A stretch of DNA of 64,000 nt from a bacterium (GCA_965213685.1 CBDBZY010000003.1:128001-192000), one strand, 5' to 3'; positions 9,258 to 19,807 are shown, numbered from the stretch's first letter. Numbers and translations: made by a program. The notes: generated from the letters alone by a model not told the origin.

Positions 9258-10846
9258 TAGTCGCCGTCATACCGGCCAAACGGCACTCCAGTCGACTGGA
9301 GGACAAGAACCTCTTGGAGATCAACGGCGCCTCTCTCGTCGCCCATGCGGTGCGCTACGCGAAGAGGTTCCGGAGCATCGAGAGGATCGTCGTATCGACC
9401 GATTCGGAGGAGATTGCCGGCATTGGCAGGCGATGCGGCGCGGACGTTCATTTTCGGGGCGAGGAGCTGGCCGGCGAGGCGCCCCTCATTGAGGTGTATC
9501 GGGCCGTCGCGGACGCCCTGGGCGGGGAGGAGGTCTCTTTCGTCGTCGGGATTCAGCCCGACAATCCGACCCGGAAAAGCGACGTCGACAGCCTGCTGCG
9601 GTATGTCAGAGACAACCAGATAGACGATCTGTGCACGGTGGGCCGGGATGGAAAGCGGAACGGGGCGCTGCGCATCATGAGCAGGAGGGCCTTGACGCTG
9701 ACCCCGCCCTTGTATCCGTCTGCCGTTCAGGATGACTGCATCAACATCCATTCCGCCTTTGACCTCGCCATGTCCGCGCACGAGATGAGTCCGTATTCCA
9801 GGGAAATTTCCGTCGGAAGCAAAATGGTGGGCGCGGGCCATCCCGCCTTTCTCATCGCGGAGGCCGCCTGCAACCACATGTGCGACATGGGGCTGGCCAG
9901 GGAGATGATAGACTCGGCCGCGGAGGCCGGGGCGGACGCGATCAAGTTCCAGACCTACAAGGCGGAGCGCCTGACCCGCAAGGAGGCCACGACCTACTGG
10001 AAGGGGAAGCGGATACCGCAAATAGAGTATTATCGCGCACTGGATCGTTTTGGCGCGCCCGAGTACGAGGAACTTTTCGCCTATGCCCTGGAGCGGAATA
10101 TCGTCCCCTTCTCCACGCCGTTCGACGTCGAGAGCGCCACGATGCTGAACGATCTCGGCATGTCGCTTTTCAAGATAGCCTCGTGCGATCTGCCCGACAG
10201 CCGGTTGTTGCGGTGCGTGGCCGGTTTCGGCAAGCCCGTCATCCTTTCGACCGGCGGATCAACGGTGGAGGAGGTGGAGCGGGCCGTCTCCACGATTCTC
10301 GCCACGGGCAACCACCAGCTCATGCTCATGGCCTGCATGCTGAGCTATCCCACGACGGACGAGGACGCGAACCTCCTGCGCGTGCGCGCCTTGCGGGAGA
10401 AATATCCTGGCCTCATCATTGGCCTGTCCGATCACACGGAGCCGGACGGGCACATGGTCATCCCCGCCCTGAGCGTGGCTCTCGGCGCGAAAGTCATTGA
10501 AAAGCACTATACGCTGGATCGGGAATTGACGGGTTCGGGACACTTTTTTTCGATGAATCCGAAGGACTTGCGGAAGATGGTGGAAAACGTTCGCCTCGCG
10601 GAGACCGTCCTGGGCAGCGACGCGCTTGGGGTCGCCGAGCGCGAGCGCGCCGCCCGCGACAGCGCGCGGCGCAGCATCGTCGCCGAGCGGGACATTCAGC
10701 CCGGCGAGAGGATAGAGTCCTCCATGCTGGGCATGAAGCGGCCCGCCGACGGTCTTCCGGGCTGGATGATCGACGAGTTGATCGGCAAGGAGGCGCGGGT
10801 GCGCATCCAGGCGGACGAGGCGCTCTCCCTGGATATGGTGGAGTAG
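9254..10846 (+). CDS. fusion: cytidylyltransferase (NeuA-like) N-terminal domain + NeuB-like nonulosonate synthase + SAF
   Basis: The N-terminus has IPAKRHSSRLEDKN, VSTDS and QPDNPTR. From about aa 185 it has LIAEAACNH, ADAIKFQTY, FKIASCD, GLSDHT and EKHYT. Confidence 0.88.
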   Translation: MIVAVIPAKRHSSRLEDKNLLEINGASLVAHAVRYAKRFRSIERIVVSTDSEEIAGIGRRCGADVHFRGEELAGEAPLIEVYRAVADALGGEEVSFVVGIQPDNPTRKSDVDSLLRYVRDNQIDDLCTVGRDGKRNGALRIMSRRALTLTPPLYPSAVQDDCINIHSAFDLAMSAHEMSPYSREISVGSKMVGAGHPAFLIAEAACNHMCDMGLAREMIDSAAEAGADAIKFQTYKAERLTRKEATTYWKGKRIPQIEYYRALDRFGAPEYEELFAYALERNIVPFSTPFDVESATMLNDLGMSLFKIASCDLPDSRLLRCVAGFGKPVILSTGGSTVEEVERAVSTILATGNHQLMLMACMLSYPTTDEDANLLRVRALREKYPGLIIGLSDHTEPDGHMVIPALSVALGAKVIEKHYTLDRELTGSGHFFSMNPKDLRKMVENVRLAETVLGSDALGVAERERAARDSARRSIVAERDIQPGERIESSMLGMKRPADGLPGWMIDELIGKEARVRIQADEALSLDMVE

Positions 10847-10888
10847 CCGTGACTTTTGCGCTCCTGGCGGCGGGTGGGTGCATTCGGC

Positions 10889-12330
10889 ATGCCTAAAATC
10901 ACGGTCTACATTCCCACGTACAACTATGCGCATTTCCTGGACGCCGCGATCCGCAGCGTGTTGAACCAGACCCTGGACGATTGGGAGCTGATCGTCATTG
11001 ACGACGGCTCGACCGACAACACTCCGGAGGTCTTGGAGGCGTATCGGGACCATCCCCAAATCCGCATTCTGGAACAAGAGAACAAGGGCCTGAATTTCAC
11101 GAACAACATCGCCTTGCGCATCGCGCGGGGCGAATATCTGATGCGCCTGGACGCGGATGATTTTCTGGACGAGAACATTCTAAAGGTTCTCGCCGACGTC
11201 CTCGACGCGAAGCCGGACGTGGGCCTGGTGTTTCCGGATTATTATCGGGTGGACGAGGCCGGGGAGGTTATCGACCTCGTTCGCTGCCAGAAGATAGGGG
11301 AGGAGGTCGAGCTGCTGGACCTCCCGGCCCATGGCGCGTGCACCATGATCCGCAAGGAAGTGCTGGTCGAAATCGGGGGATATTTCGAGGAGTTCAACCG
11401 GCAGGACGGCTACGGCATGTGGCTGAAATTCATTCAGCGGCACCGCCCCTACAACGTGAACTTGCCCCTGTTTTACTATCGGCAGCATGGCGACAGCCTC
11501 TCGAAGTCGCGGAAGCTTATCCTGGAAACGCGCCGCAAGATCAAAAGGCGGGTCGTGGAGGAGATGAACCTCTATCGCCCACCCAGGGTTCTCGGGCTCG
11601 TTCCCGTCGTCGTGGACGCGGAATTCACCCTCGGGAATCCGTTCACGGAATTTCTGGGCAAACCGCTGCTGGAGCGGACGCTGGAGCAAATCCGGGAGGC
11701 GGGCACCATCGAGAGGATAGCCGTATCCTCCAACGATGCGGACGTGCTGGGGTATGTCGGCGGACTGGAGGGGGTGGACGCCATCACCCGGCCCCCGGCG
11801 TTGACGAGACGCACCTCCAGAATCTCGGACATAGCGTCCCACGCCTTGCGGACGATGGCCGGGGAGTGCGCGTATGTCCCCGCGACGCCGTTTGCATATG
11901 CCACATCAACACCCCCTTCCGGAGGGGGCGGCATATCGACAAGGCCGTGGACACCATGACCATTTTCGGCGTGGATTCGGTGATATCCATCGCCGAGGAC
12001 ACCTCTTTTTTCTACCATCACGGGAAGAACGGGCTCGTCCCCGTCAATGGTTCCCACCAGCGGACTGTGCGCCTGGAGAGAAAAGCGTTGTTCAAGGAAA
12101 ACGGGGCGATTTACCTCACCCGGTCGGATTGGATACAGGCGGGAAAATTCTTCGGAGAGAAGATAGGGCATATCACGATGCTTCCCGAGGAGAGCGTCAA
12201 GATTCGCTCGGAGTATGAATTCTGGCTGGCCGAGAAAATCGCGGCGGACTGGATGGGCATGGGGGGAGCCGACGGCTCTCCCGGCAAGAAAAATCCGCGA
12301 GGCCCGCTCCGCCAGAGCGCGAAAATCTAG
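10889..12330 (+). pseudogene. GT2 glycosyltransferase - cytidylyltransferase fusion, frameshifted near 11880 (possibly a sequencing error)
   Basis: GT2 motifs IPTYN, IDDGSTD and RLDADD in ORF 10856..11959. The CTP-transferase half GKPLL, VSSND continues in another frame as NTPFR...DSVISI...ENGAIY...ESVKI to the stop at 12330. Confidence 0.8.
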
Positions 12331-12340
12331 GGGAAGGGCG

Positions 12341-14254
12341 GTGTTCCAACCGAAGGCGTCTAGGATAGACGTCCTTTTTTTTGAGAGCTATTCATTCTCG
12401 AAAGTCATCCTGCATGCGAAGAGCATCAGGAACGCGAAGGTTGTCCTGATTTTTCGGGACACCTACCTCGGGGATCGGCACTACGAATCCGCAAGGCAAA
12501 AATCCGTCCGCAGATTGGTGAGTTGGATCAATCCCGGGGCACAGGTGCGCGCCATTCGGATGGAGGAAGTGGCGGCGCGCCTTTTTGGCGCGAGTGCGGA
12601 GGCGGTAGAGCTGCTCGAGGCGGAAAAAGACCGCATCCGGACAACGGCGTCATACAGGCTGCTGTATGGCGTCGTGCGCAGCGAACGCATCGTCAAATTC
12701 TATCAGATGTGGCTGGTGCGGAGGCTTCCCTACAGGTATGTGGGCGCCAAGCTTTGCGAGGTGCTGAGGGAGGAAAACGAAAACGTTGTCGCCGTTTCGG
12801 ATGGGAGCATGGAGTTTTGGAGAGGTGCGCATCCGCTGTTGCGCGGCCTCGGCGATGACGGCGTTTCGGCCTGGTCGCGTTTTGTGGCGAGGGCAACGAA
12901 CATGCTCCGGGCGCATGGCTGGCGCCTGGCGTCCCTGCTCCTGCCTGGCGTCCTTTTCTTGCGGCATATCAGAAATGGCCGGGTTTCCTCCGCATCCCCG
13001 CGCTACGCATTGGCCATGCCCGTGATGCACGGCGTTTTCGATGGGGGCAAGGTGCGCACCAGGGATATCCGAACCCAGCAGGACGACGCGTATTTGTATG
13101 GCCACGGGTTTCGGCCCGGGGAGATCGTTCATGTGTTTGGCGGTTGGAAGTTCCCGCCGAAGGTCAAAAAAGAATTTGCGGGGGAAATGCGAAGGCGAGG
13201 CTACCCCTATGTGGACAAAGACGGCTATGGCGTGAATCTGGCGCTACTTCGCTTTACCTTGGCGTGCACATGGCGCATCGCAAAGAGCCTCGCGCGCGCA
13301 CCGGGTGCCAGCTGGTTGTCGGCGACGATGGAGAAAGCGACCACAAAGGCACTGTATCACTATATCCTGAAACAATACGAGATGGAGAACGTGAAGTACG
13401 ACGTCGAGCTGGTTCGGGATGAATACAACGCAGGCCACGTCCTGGAATCCATCGTTGCGAATCGAGATGGCAGAAAGAGAATTGGCGTAGTGCATTCGGG
13501 AACCATCCACAGCAAACCGGAAAACAGCTTTGTTCACCTGGACAAGCTGATGGTTCTGTGCAGGCTGCATGCGAAGACCTTCTCCCCGCATTGGAAGGGC
13601 ATGGCGTTGGAGGAAGTGGGAAGACACACCATGGATTCCCTGCTCGCGGAATCCGGGAACCGGGGAAAAATCGTCGCGGACATACACCGCCTCCATGGGA
13701 AGCGGAGGTGGGTGATCACCATTCTTCTTCCCGGAGTCGGCGCCCACAACATGCTGGAGCAATGGGACAAGCTGTTCGAGGCTTTGGTGAATTTTCAGCA
13801 CCAAAGGCTGGATTGCCACGTATTCATCCGTTTCAGACGATTCGATGATGCGAAAAGCGCCAGGCATATCAGTCGATTTTTCGACCTCCCTGAGGTAGAT
13901 TCTCGGTTCATCATCGAGCATGAGAGGTGGAACACGCACCAGTTGATGGTTGGCAGCGATCTCGTGATCACGCCGAGCTCCTCCTGGGGAATCAATGAGG
14001 CTTCCGTTGTGGGGGCCCGGGTATTTACTTTTTTGTTTATCGGCATGGAGCCTTACAATTTCAGGGACTATGGATCGGATTTCGTTCTTCGGGACGCCAA
14101 GGACGTGCTCGACGCCTTTCAGGGACTGGAGTCCGGTTTCGAGGGGTTCGATTGTGCCTGGGAGCGCTTGCGGATGGATTCGGACTACCATTTCGACGGC
14201 AAAAACACCGGGCGCATGGCAAGCGTATTGAGACGGGAGATGCAAGCCTCTTGA
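12341..14254 (+). CDS. hypothetical surface-glycan protein, possible GT-B fold transferase
   Basis: Long ORF in the operon with GTG start after GGAAGG; the C-terminal SDLVITPSSSWGINEASVVG resembles a GT-B nucleotide-binding segment; family not recognised. Confidence 0.55.
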   Translation: MFQPKASRIDVLFFESYSFSKVILHAKSIRNAKVVLIFRDTYLGDRHYESARQKSVRRLVSWINPGAQVRAIRMEEVAARLFGASAEAVELLEAEKDRIRTTASYRLLYGVVRSERIVKFYQMWLVRRLPYRYVGAKLCEVLREENENVVAVSDGSMEFWRGAHPLLRGLGDDGVSAWSRFVARATNMLRAHGWRLASLLLPGVLFLRHIRNGRVSSASPRYALAMPVMHGVFDGGKVRTRDIRTQQDDAYLYGHGFRPGEIVHVFGGWKFPPKVKKEFAGEMRRRGYPYVDKDGYGVNLALLRFTLACTWRIAKSLARAPGASWLSATMEKATTKALYHYILKQYEMENVKYDVELVRDEYNAGHVLESIVANRDGRKRIGVVHSGTIHSKPENSFVHLDKLMVLCRLHAKTFSPHWKGMALEEVGRHTMDSLLAESGNRGKIVADIHRLHGKRRWVITILLPGVGAHNMLEQWDKLFEALVNFQHQRLDCHVFIRFRRFDDAKSARHISRFFDLPEVDSRFIIEHERWNTHQLMVGSDLVITPSSSWGINEASVVGARVFTFLFIGMEPYNFRDYGSDFVLRDAKDVLDAFQGLESGFEGFDCAWERLRMDSDYHFDGKNTGRMASVLRREMQAS

Positions 14255-14390
14255 GCGGGTTCGGGGGCGACGTGGGCGATTGCGCGGATGCCGGCAGGCC
14301 GCATGCGCAGCGGGGCAGCGACCGGAGGCGCTTCGTTTGCCCTGTGCCGTCTGGACGTGCGGGGAATCCCCTCCTCCGGTGAAAGAACAT

Positions 14391-16154
14391 ATGCGGAACG
14401 AAAAACTGAAACATATCCTCTACCTCGCCCGGAACGACAAGGGTTTCCTGCTCTTGTATTTTCTTATCCTTGTTTTGGCGACGATGTTCGAGAGCATGGG
14501 GCTGGGCATGCTGATGCCCATATTTCAATCCATGGGAGGAGCCGAGACGAACCACTTCTTTACGGCATACGCCATGTGGGGATTCGGATTGGTGGGCCTG
14601 GAGTATTCGTTCACGAACCTCATCCTCGTCTTCTCCGCCGCAACGCTTGTCAAATACGCCCTGGTCGCGGTTTCCATGCGCTGCGCGCGGTTGATCAGCT
14701 CGAGAGCCACATACGATCTGAGGGAGAGAGCCTTTCGGAACCTCATGAATCTTCCGCTCTCGTTTTTTTACTCCCAGAAGGTGGGCGACCTTGTCGCCGT
14801 CCAGTTTACCTCTGCGAACAATGCCGGCGTGATTCTGGAATATGCGATGCTCATCATGAGCGGCATTTTTTTCTGCACCCTGTATTTGGCGATGAATTTG
14901 ATGGTGTCCTTCTGGCTGACCGTCATCGTCGTTGGCCTGTCGGCCGTCTCGTATCTTTTCCTGCTCCCGCGTTTTCAAAGCGCATATGGAGGAGGGAAGA
15001 AGGAATCGCAAGGCATGGAGAACATCAATTCCTATCTCTATGACGTCTTCTCCGGAATCAAAACGGTAAAGGTGTTCGGAAACGCCAGGCACCACGTCGA
15101 TAATTACGGACGCCACGCGGACGATTATCGTCGGGTCTGCATCCAGATCATGGACAACAGGATTATCGCGTCATTGTTTCACGAGCCGCTGTTTTTTATT
15201 TTCATGGTTCTTTGTCTGGTTCTGTCCGTTCAATTTCTGGAGCTCCCCTTCGTCACCCTTGCCGTGTTCCTCGTCATCTTCTTGCAGGTCATTCCCAAGC
15301 TGAAGGTGATATGCAACCAGTGGGTCAAGGTCAACGAACTCATCCCGCACCTGTTGCTCATCCTCGAATGCGGGGAAAGGAAGCGCAAGACGTATTTGCC
15401 GGAGGGATGCGCTCCCCTTGGCGTCCTGGAGAAGGGAGTGCGGTTTGAGGACGTCTCGTTTTCGTATCCCGGGGTGCAAAACAGCACGCTGAGCGGGATA
15501 AGCGTCTTGGTCGAGCAAGGCAAGACAACGGCCCTCGTCGGCTCCTCCGGAGGCGGGAAAACCACGCTTGTCGATCTGTTCCTGCGTCTTCACGACCCCT
15601 CGCGCGGGGTCATCTATGTGGATGACGTGGATTTGCGGGATGTTCCCCTGGCGGAATGGCGAAGTCGAATCGGGGTGGTGGAGCAGGAGCCGCATCTTTT
15701 TCACGATACGGTGTATAACAACATCCGCTATGGAAATCTCGACGCGGACGAGGGGCAAGTGCGCAAGGCCGCGGAAACCGCATGTGCCCATGCATACATA
15801 GAAAAGCTGCCGGAAGGATACGAGACGATCATCGGCAACCGGGGGTTCAGGTTGTCCGGAGGCCAAAAACAGCGTCTGGCACTCGCAAGAGCCCTGGTCC
15901 GCTCTCCCCAGATACTGGTTCTGGACGAGGCGACGAGTTCGCTCGACAGCGAGTCCGAGCATCTCATCCAGACGGCTGTGCAGGAGCTCAGCGGGCGGAT
16001 GACCATCCTGATCGTCGCCCATCGTCTTTCTACGATAAGGAATGCGGACAGGATTTTCGTTCTCGATGGCGGCCGAGTCGTTCAGGAGGGCGACCATGCG
16101 GCTCTCATCGGGGGGGAAGGCCGATACAGGGAATTCATGGAATTGCAGTCTTGA
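14391..16154 (+). CDS. ABC transporter permease/ATPase (MsbA/PglK-like glycan flippase)
   Basis: N-terminal TM domain; Walker A GSSGGGKTT, signature LSGGQKQR, Walker B ILVLDEATSSLD, and IVAHRLST. Confidence 0.9.
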   Translation: MRNEKLKHILYLARNDKGFLLLYFLILVLATMFESMGLGMLMPIFQSMGGAETNHFFTAYAMWGFGLVGLEYSFTNLILVFSAATLVKYALVAVSMRCARLISSRATYDLRERAFRNLMNLPLSFFYSQKVGDLVAVQFTSANNAGVILEYAMLIMSGIFFCTLYLAMNLMVSFWLTVIVVGLSAVSYLFLLPRFQSAYGGGKKESQGMENINSYLYDVFSGIKTVKVFGNARHHVDNYGRHADDYRRVCIQIMDNRIIASLFHEPLFFIFMVLCLVLSVQFLELPFVTLAVFLVIFLQVIPKLKVICNQWVKVNELIPHLLLILECGERKRKTYLPEGCAPLGVLEKGVRFEDVSFSYPGVQNSTLSGISVLVEQGKTTALVGSSGGGKTTLVDLFLRLHDPSRGVIYVDDVDLRDVPLAEWRSRIGVVEQEPHLFHDTVYNNIRYGNLDADEGQVRKAAETACAHAYIEKLPEGYETIIGNRGFRLSGGQKQRLALARALVRSPQILVLDEATSSLDSESEHLIQTAVQELSGRMTILIVAHRLSTIRNADRIFVLDGGRVVQEGDHAALIGGEGRYREFMELQS

Positions 16155-16248
16155 CGCGCCTCGGGAGCCGTCCGGGGCATCGAGCCGGCCTTGCATCAGG
16201 ATGGACGGGCGAGACATACGCCGATTTTGCAGATAGAGGGGTCTAGGC

Positions 16249-18207
16249 ATGGAAGTCGTGGAACGCATCAGCTTGGAAGAAATCGCGAACGTGCTGAAGA
16301 GGCACTGGTTGTGGTTTGTCGTTTGTCCCGCCGTATTGATGGCGCTTTTGTCCGCCGTCAGCTTTTCCCGAACGAAAGAATATCGATCCACAGCGACCCT
16401 GCTCTTCAGTCGCTCGCCACTGGTGGGAGGGCGCGGGGATGGAAATCCGGCAGCCGATGTGCAGGCGGCCGTGGGGATTCTACCGGGACTTGCGCCTTCC
16501 AGGCAGGTGATGCAGAAGCTTAAGCGTGGCGCCGCTTCCCGCAACATGTCGGCCGATGGTTTGTGGAACAAGGTTCTGCATGCAGCGAAAGGCAAGCAGG
16601 CAAACATCATTCGCGTGTCCGCCACGACGCTGTCTCCCGCATTGTCAAGAGATTTGGCGAATGCCGCCGCCGACTTGGCAGTAAGGAACTACCAGCAGGA
16701 TTATGGTAGGTTTGCCCCTTTGGAAGAGAGAAAAGAGCTGGAACAGGAGCGGGATATCGCGCAGAAGCGCCTGGATGACGTCAAAGAGAAGCTGGTGAAA
16801 TTCGGTTTACTCCCATCCGGCGAGCGGGAGATAAATGATAGAATCAATACGTTGCGGCTGCGCCGGAGGCAATTACTCGGAAGGGATGCGCATATCTTTC
16901 ACGAAATGCAGAATATCAAGCATCTTTATAAAGACGCCGGCAAGTTGCGGGAAAGGACTGTGAAACTGCTTGCGGGGAAAGACAAAGACAGCGACATGTG
17001 GACCCTGAGCCTGGATGTCAACAAGCTCGACGCCTTGCTAGCGTCTCATCGTGCCCTGGTAGCAGATATGTTGGAAGCGGAAGGCGAGTTGGCCGCCCTG
17101 TTTAAAAGGCAAGGGGCAGGCAGTGCCTTGAACGTGGATGCGGCGGCGAAAACTCCTGCGGTTGTAGCCGGTGCCCAGACTCCTTCCGGGCTGGAAAAAA
17201 TTCAAGCCGCGAAAGAATCGTTGGAGAATGAAAAAAAGGAAATCTTGAGCGCCTTGCCCGATCTTGGGGGCAGGTTGCAGGTTTCCATGGCGAGGTTGAA
17301 ATCGCTGCAGACGCAGATGAGCGACATGGAGAAAGCGAGACGGGGCAGGGCGGCCTCCGGGAGTGCGCAAACTCTCCCGGGCGCGCCGGGTAAAAACCCG
17401 GTCGCGCATGACGGGAAGGGGGACAACGATCTATACGGCGCCGCGATGGCAAAAATGATGGATGAGAAGCTGCGCTTGCAGGAGATGGAGGGGGAAAAAG
17501 CCTGGTATCGTGACAGACTCGCCAGGATTGATGCGAAATTGTCGGAGCAAAGGGAGAAATTCCGGGAGCATCGCGTCAAGGATTTGCGCGAGAAAATTTC
17601 CGGGATGCGGGATGAAATAAAAAACGTCGAGTCCAGAGTTTTCGCGCAGCAGACGAGAATCGGCGAGCTGGTTCTTGCAAGGCCGGACGCACTTGGGATG
17701 TTGTCGCCGGACCTGAGCGCATTGAGAATTTCCCCCGGAGTCGGCGTCTCTGTAGACGAAAAAGAAGAAATGAAGCCGAGCGATTTCCTGGTGAACGTCT
17801 TGCTGAAAAAATGGATATTCTATACTAAAATACTTGAGAGAATGGAGCAAATGAGGGAAACAAGGGCCCTCCTGGTTGTCAAGCTGGAAGAAGTATGGAA
17901 TAGCCTGCGCGAGCAATGGGCCCGCAAGGGGCGTTTGCTGGCTCAGCGCGACAAGCTAGAGAAGGAAGTTTCCGTGGCGCAGAGGGATTATAAAGTCGCT
18001 TCCCGGGAATATCGCAGGGCGATAAGGCGCGGCGCGAGTTTGAGGGTTATCGTTCCCGCGACACTGCCCGCTGGCCCGGCTCCCATCTATTGGAAAGCCT
18101 CGGCGACGCTGGGCCTTGTCGCTGGCCTGTTTCTCGCCATATGCGCGGTGCTGTTTCTGGAATTCCGGAAAGCGGCTTCTGCGCGAAAAGAACCGGATGG
18201 CGCGTAG
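16249..18207 (+). CDS. Wzz/GumC-like polysaccharide co-polymerase (no kinase domain)
   Basis: ISLEEIANVLKRHW + TM + YRSTATL at the N-terminus, a long coiled coil, then Pro-rich VIVPATLPAGP before the C-terminal TM. Confidence 0.75.
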   Translation: MEVVERISLEEIANVLKRHWLWFVVCPAVLMALLSAVSFSRTKEYRSTATLLFSRSPLVGGRGDGNPAADVQAAVGILPGLAPSRQVMQKLKRGAASRNMSADGLWNKVLHAAKGKQANIIRVSATTLSPALSRDLANAAADLAVRNYQQDYGRFAPLEERKELEQERDIAQKRLDDVKEKLVKFGLLPSGEREINDRINTLRLRRRQLLGRDAHIFHEMQNIKHLYKDAGKLRERTVKLLAGKDKDSDMWTLSLDVNKLDALLASHRALVADMLEAEGELAALFKRQGAGSALNVDAAAKTPAVVAGAQTPSGLEKIQAAKESLENEKKEILSALPDLGGRLQVSMARLKSLQTQMSDMEKARRGRAASGSAQTLPGAPGKNPVAHDGKGDNDLYGAAMAKMMDEKLRLQEMEGEKAWYRDRLARIDAKLSEQREKFREHRVKDLREKISGMRDEIKNVESRVFAQQTRIGELVLARPDALGMLSPDLSALRISPGVGVSVDEKEEMKPSDFLVNVLLKKWIFYTKILERMEQMRETRALLVVKLEEVWNSLREQWARKGRLLAQRDKLEKEVSVAQRDYKVASREYRRAIRRGASLRVIVPATLPAGPAPIYWKASATLGLVAGLFLAICAVLFLEFRKAASARKEPDGA

Positions 18208-18310
18208 CGTGTGCCCGGCGGACTTCGGCGGCGCCTCATCGCAGAGGTGGATGGGAGAGGGCATGCGCGTTGACGCGACGCTCCGGTGCAAGGTTGCTGC
18301 CATATAAACG

Positions 18311-19807
18311 ATGAGCGAATCGGCGGCGGCCCAGAATAATCCGGATATGCCTGACGAACGAGGGATGGACGCCCCTCCCGCCCGGAGAGAAAAGAGGTTT
18401 TCTCCTTTCTGGCTCACCAATGCGGTCATCTCTCTCCACGCGGTCCACCTCCTCATTCCCCGGGCGTTCGTCCCCTACTTTCCGGGACATCTGCTGGGTC
18501 CGTATAAAGTCTACATGCTCCTTTTCTGCTTGCTGTGCGTTGCATGGGCGATAGAGGCGGTTCGGTACGGGGTGAGAAAGCCGACGCCGGCGTTCGGGGT
18601 CTTCACCCTCTGGTTCTGGGCGATATTCTGGGGCGGAGTGCTTCATGCCTACATCGCAGGCGATCCGGTCAAAACGCTCGTGCCTGTGTATCAGCCCCTC
18701 GTTGACGCCGTCCCGTATATCGATGGGATGCTCGTATGGTATCTGATTTGGAACAACGGGTGGGACAGGAGCGAGTTTGAAAGCGTCCTGAAAGTCGTGT
18801 TCTGGGTCGTCCTGGTTGTGGGCGTCGAGTGCATCCTGTTTTTTTATCTGGCGATTCCCAACCCCTGGTCGCTGGATATCAAAGGGCGAGTTTTCATCAG
18901 CATGTTCCCGCGGCACATTGTCGACCCCGGCCGCCTCGGATTGATATTGACGGGCGTTGGCCTCTACCTGTTCCTGAGAAAAAGGGGGGGCTGGTTGTAT
19001 CTTTGTGCGTCATTGTCCGGAGTGCTGATGCTTTTCTCCACGATGAGGCGCTCCCCGCTGTTCGGTTTGCTGCTGGGCGCATGGCTCTTCTGCGCGTTCT
19101 TGTTGAAATGCAGGAGGCGATCGCGCGGCAAAAAGATGCGCCTCACCCGGCCCTTCCGTTTTCTCGCGCCCCTGGTTGTCGTTTTGGTGTTTTCCGCCGG
19201 GGCGCTGCTGGTGAGCGGGAAGGTGAGAGGAGGAACAAGAGCAGAATTTGCGGGGATAAGTAGTTTCGAGCATGGCGTCAAGGCGCGGGGCTTCAACTAC
19301 ACGCGCGCGGCGGATGTGTTTCTTGCGCGGCCTTTTCTCGGGGGTGGCCCCCGGCAGGGAGTTTTGTATGCGTATTCCGCGGATGTGCCGCCCGTGGTGA
19401 CGGAATATTTTTTCGGGGATGTCCGCCAGGAGTTTCAGCTCGGAGGAATGGCGCGGTTCAATGTGCTTCGGCATGACCCGAGGAGCGGCGAAGTGAGTAC
19501 GATACACAGCACCCCGATGAACCTCATCGCGGACTTGGGACTGCTGGGACTGGTCTTGCTGATTGTCATGGCCGCGACGGGCGTGCGGTATTTCTGGGAT
19601 GTCATGCTCTTGCGGCCTGCTGAGAATTCATTTGCCGTGGTCATGCCTTTCGCCGCCATGTTTTGCACCGCCGTCGCCTTGCTCATCAGCGTTTCCTCCA
19701 CGTCGAAATTTTATCCGTTCTGGCTGTTCGCCATCCTCCTGTGTTTTATCCGCTACCTGTATCGTGAGATACTAGCGACTTCCGCTTCGGCTGCGCCGGA
19801 GGGGTAA
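18311..19807 (+). CDS. O-antigen ligase / Wzy-like polymerase family membrane protein
   Basis: About 11-12 TM segments, STMRRS, R...RPFLGGG and IHSTPMNLIADLGLLG (Wzy_C-type H motif). Confidence 0.75.
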   Translation: MSESAAAQNNPDMPDERGMDAPPARREKRFSPFWLTNAVISLHAVHLLIPRAFVPYFPGHLLGPYKVYMLLFCLLCVAWAIEAVRYGVRKPTPAFGVFTLWFWAIFWGGVLHAYIAGDPVKTLVPVYQPLVDAVPYIDGMLVWYLIWNNGWDRSEFESVLKVVFWVVLVVGVECILFFYLAIPNPWSLDIKGRVFISMFPRHIVDPGRLGLILTGVGLYLFLRKRGGWLYLCASLSGVLMLFSTMRRSPLFGLLLGAWLFCAFLLKCRRRSRGKKMRLTRPFRFLAPLVVVLVFSAGALLVSGKVRGGTRAEFAGISSFEHGVKARGFNYTRAADVFLARPFLGGGPRQGVLYAYSADVPPVVTEYFFGDVRQEFQLGGMARFNVLRHDPRSGEVSTIHSTPMNLIADLGLLGLVLLIVMAATGVRYFWDVMLLRPAENSFAVVMPFAAMFCTAVALLISVSSTSKFYPFWLFAILLCFIRYLYREILATSASAAPEG

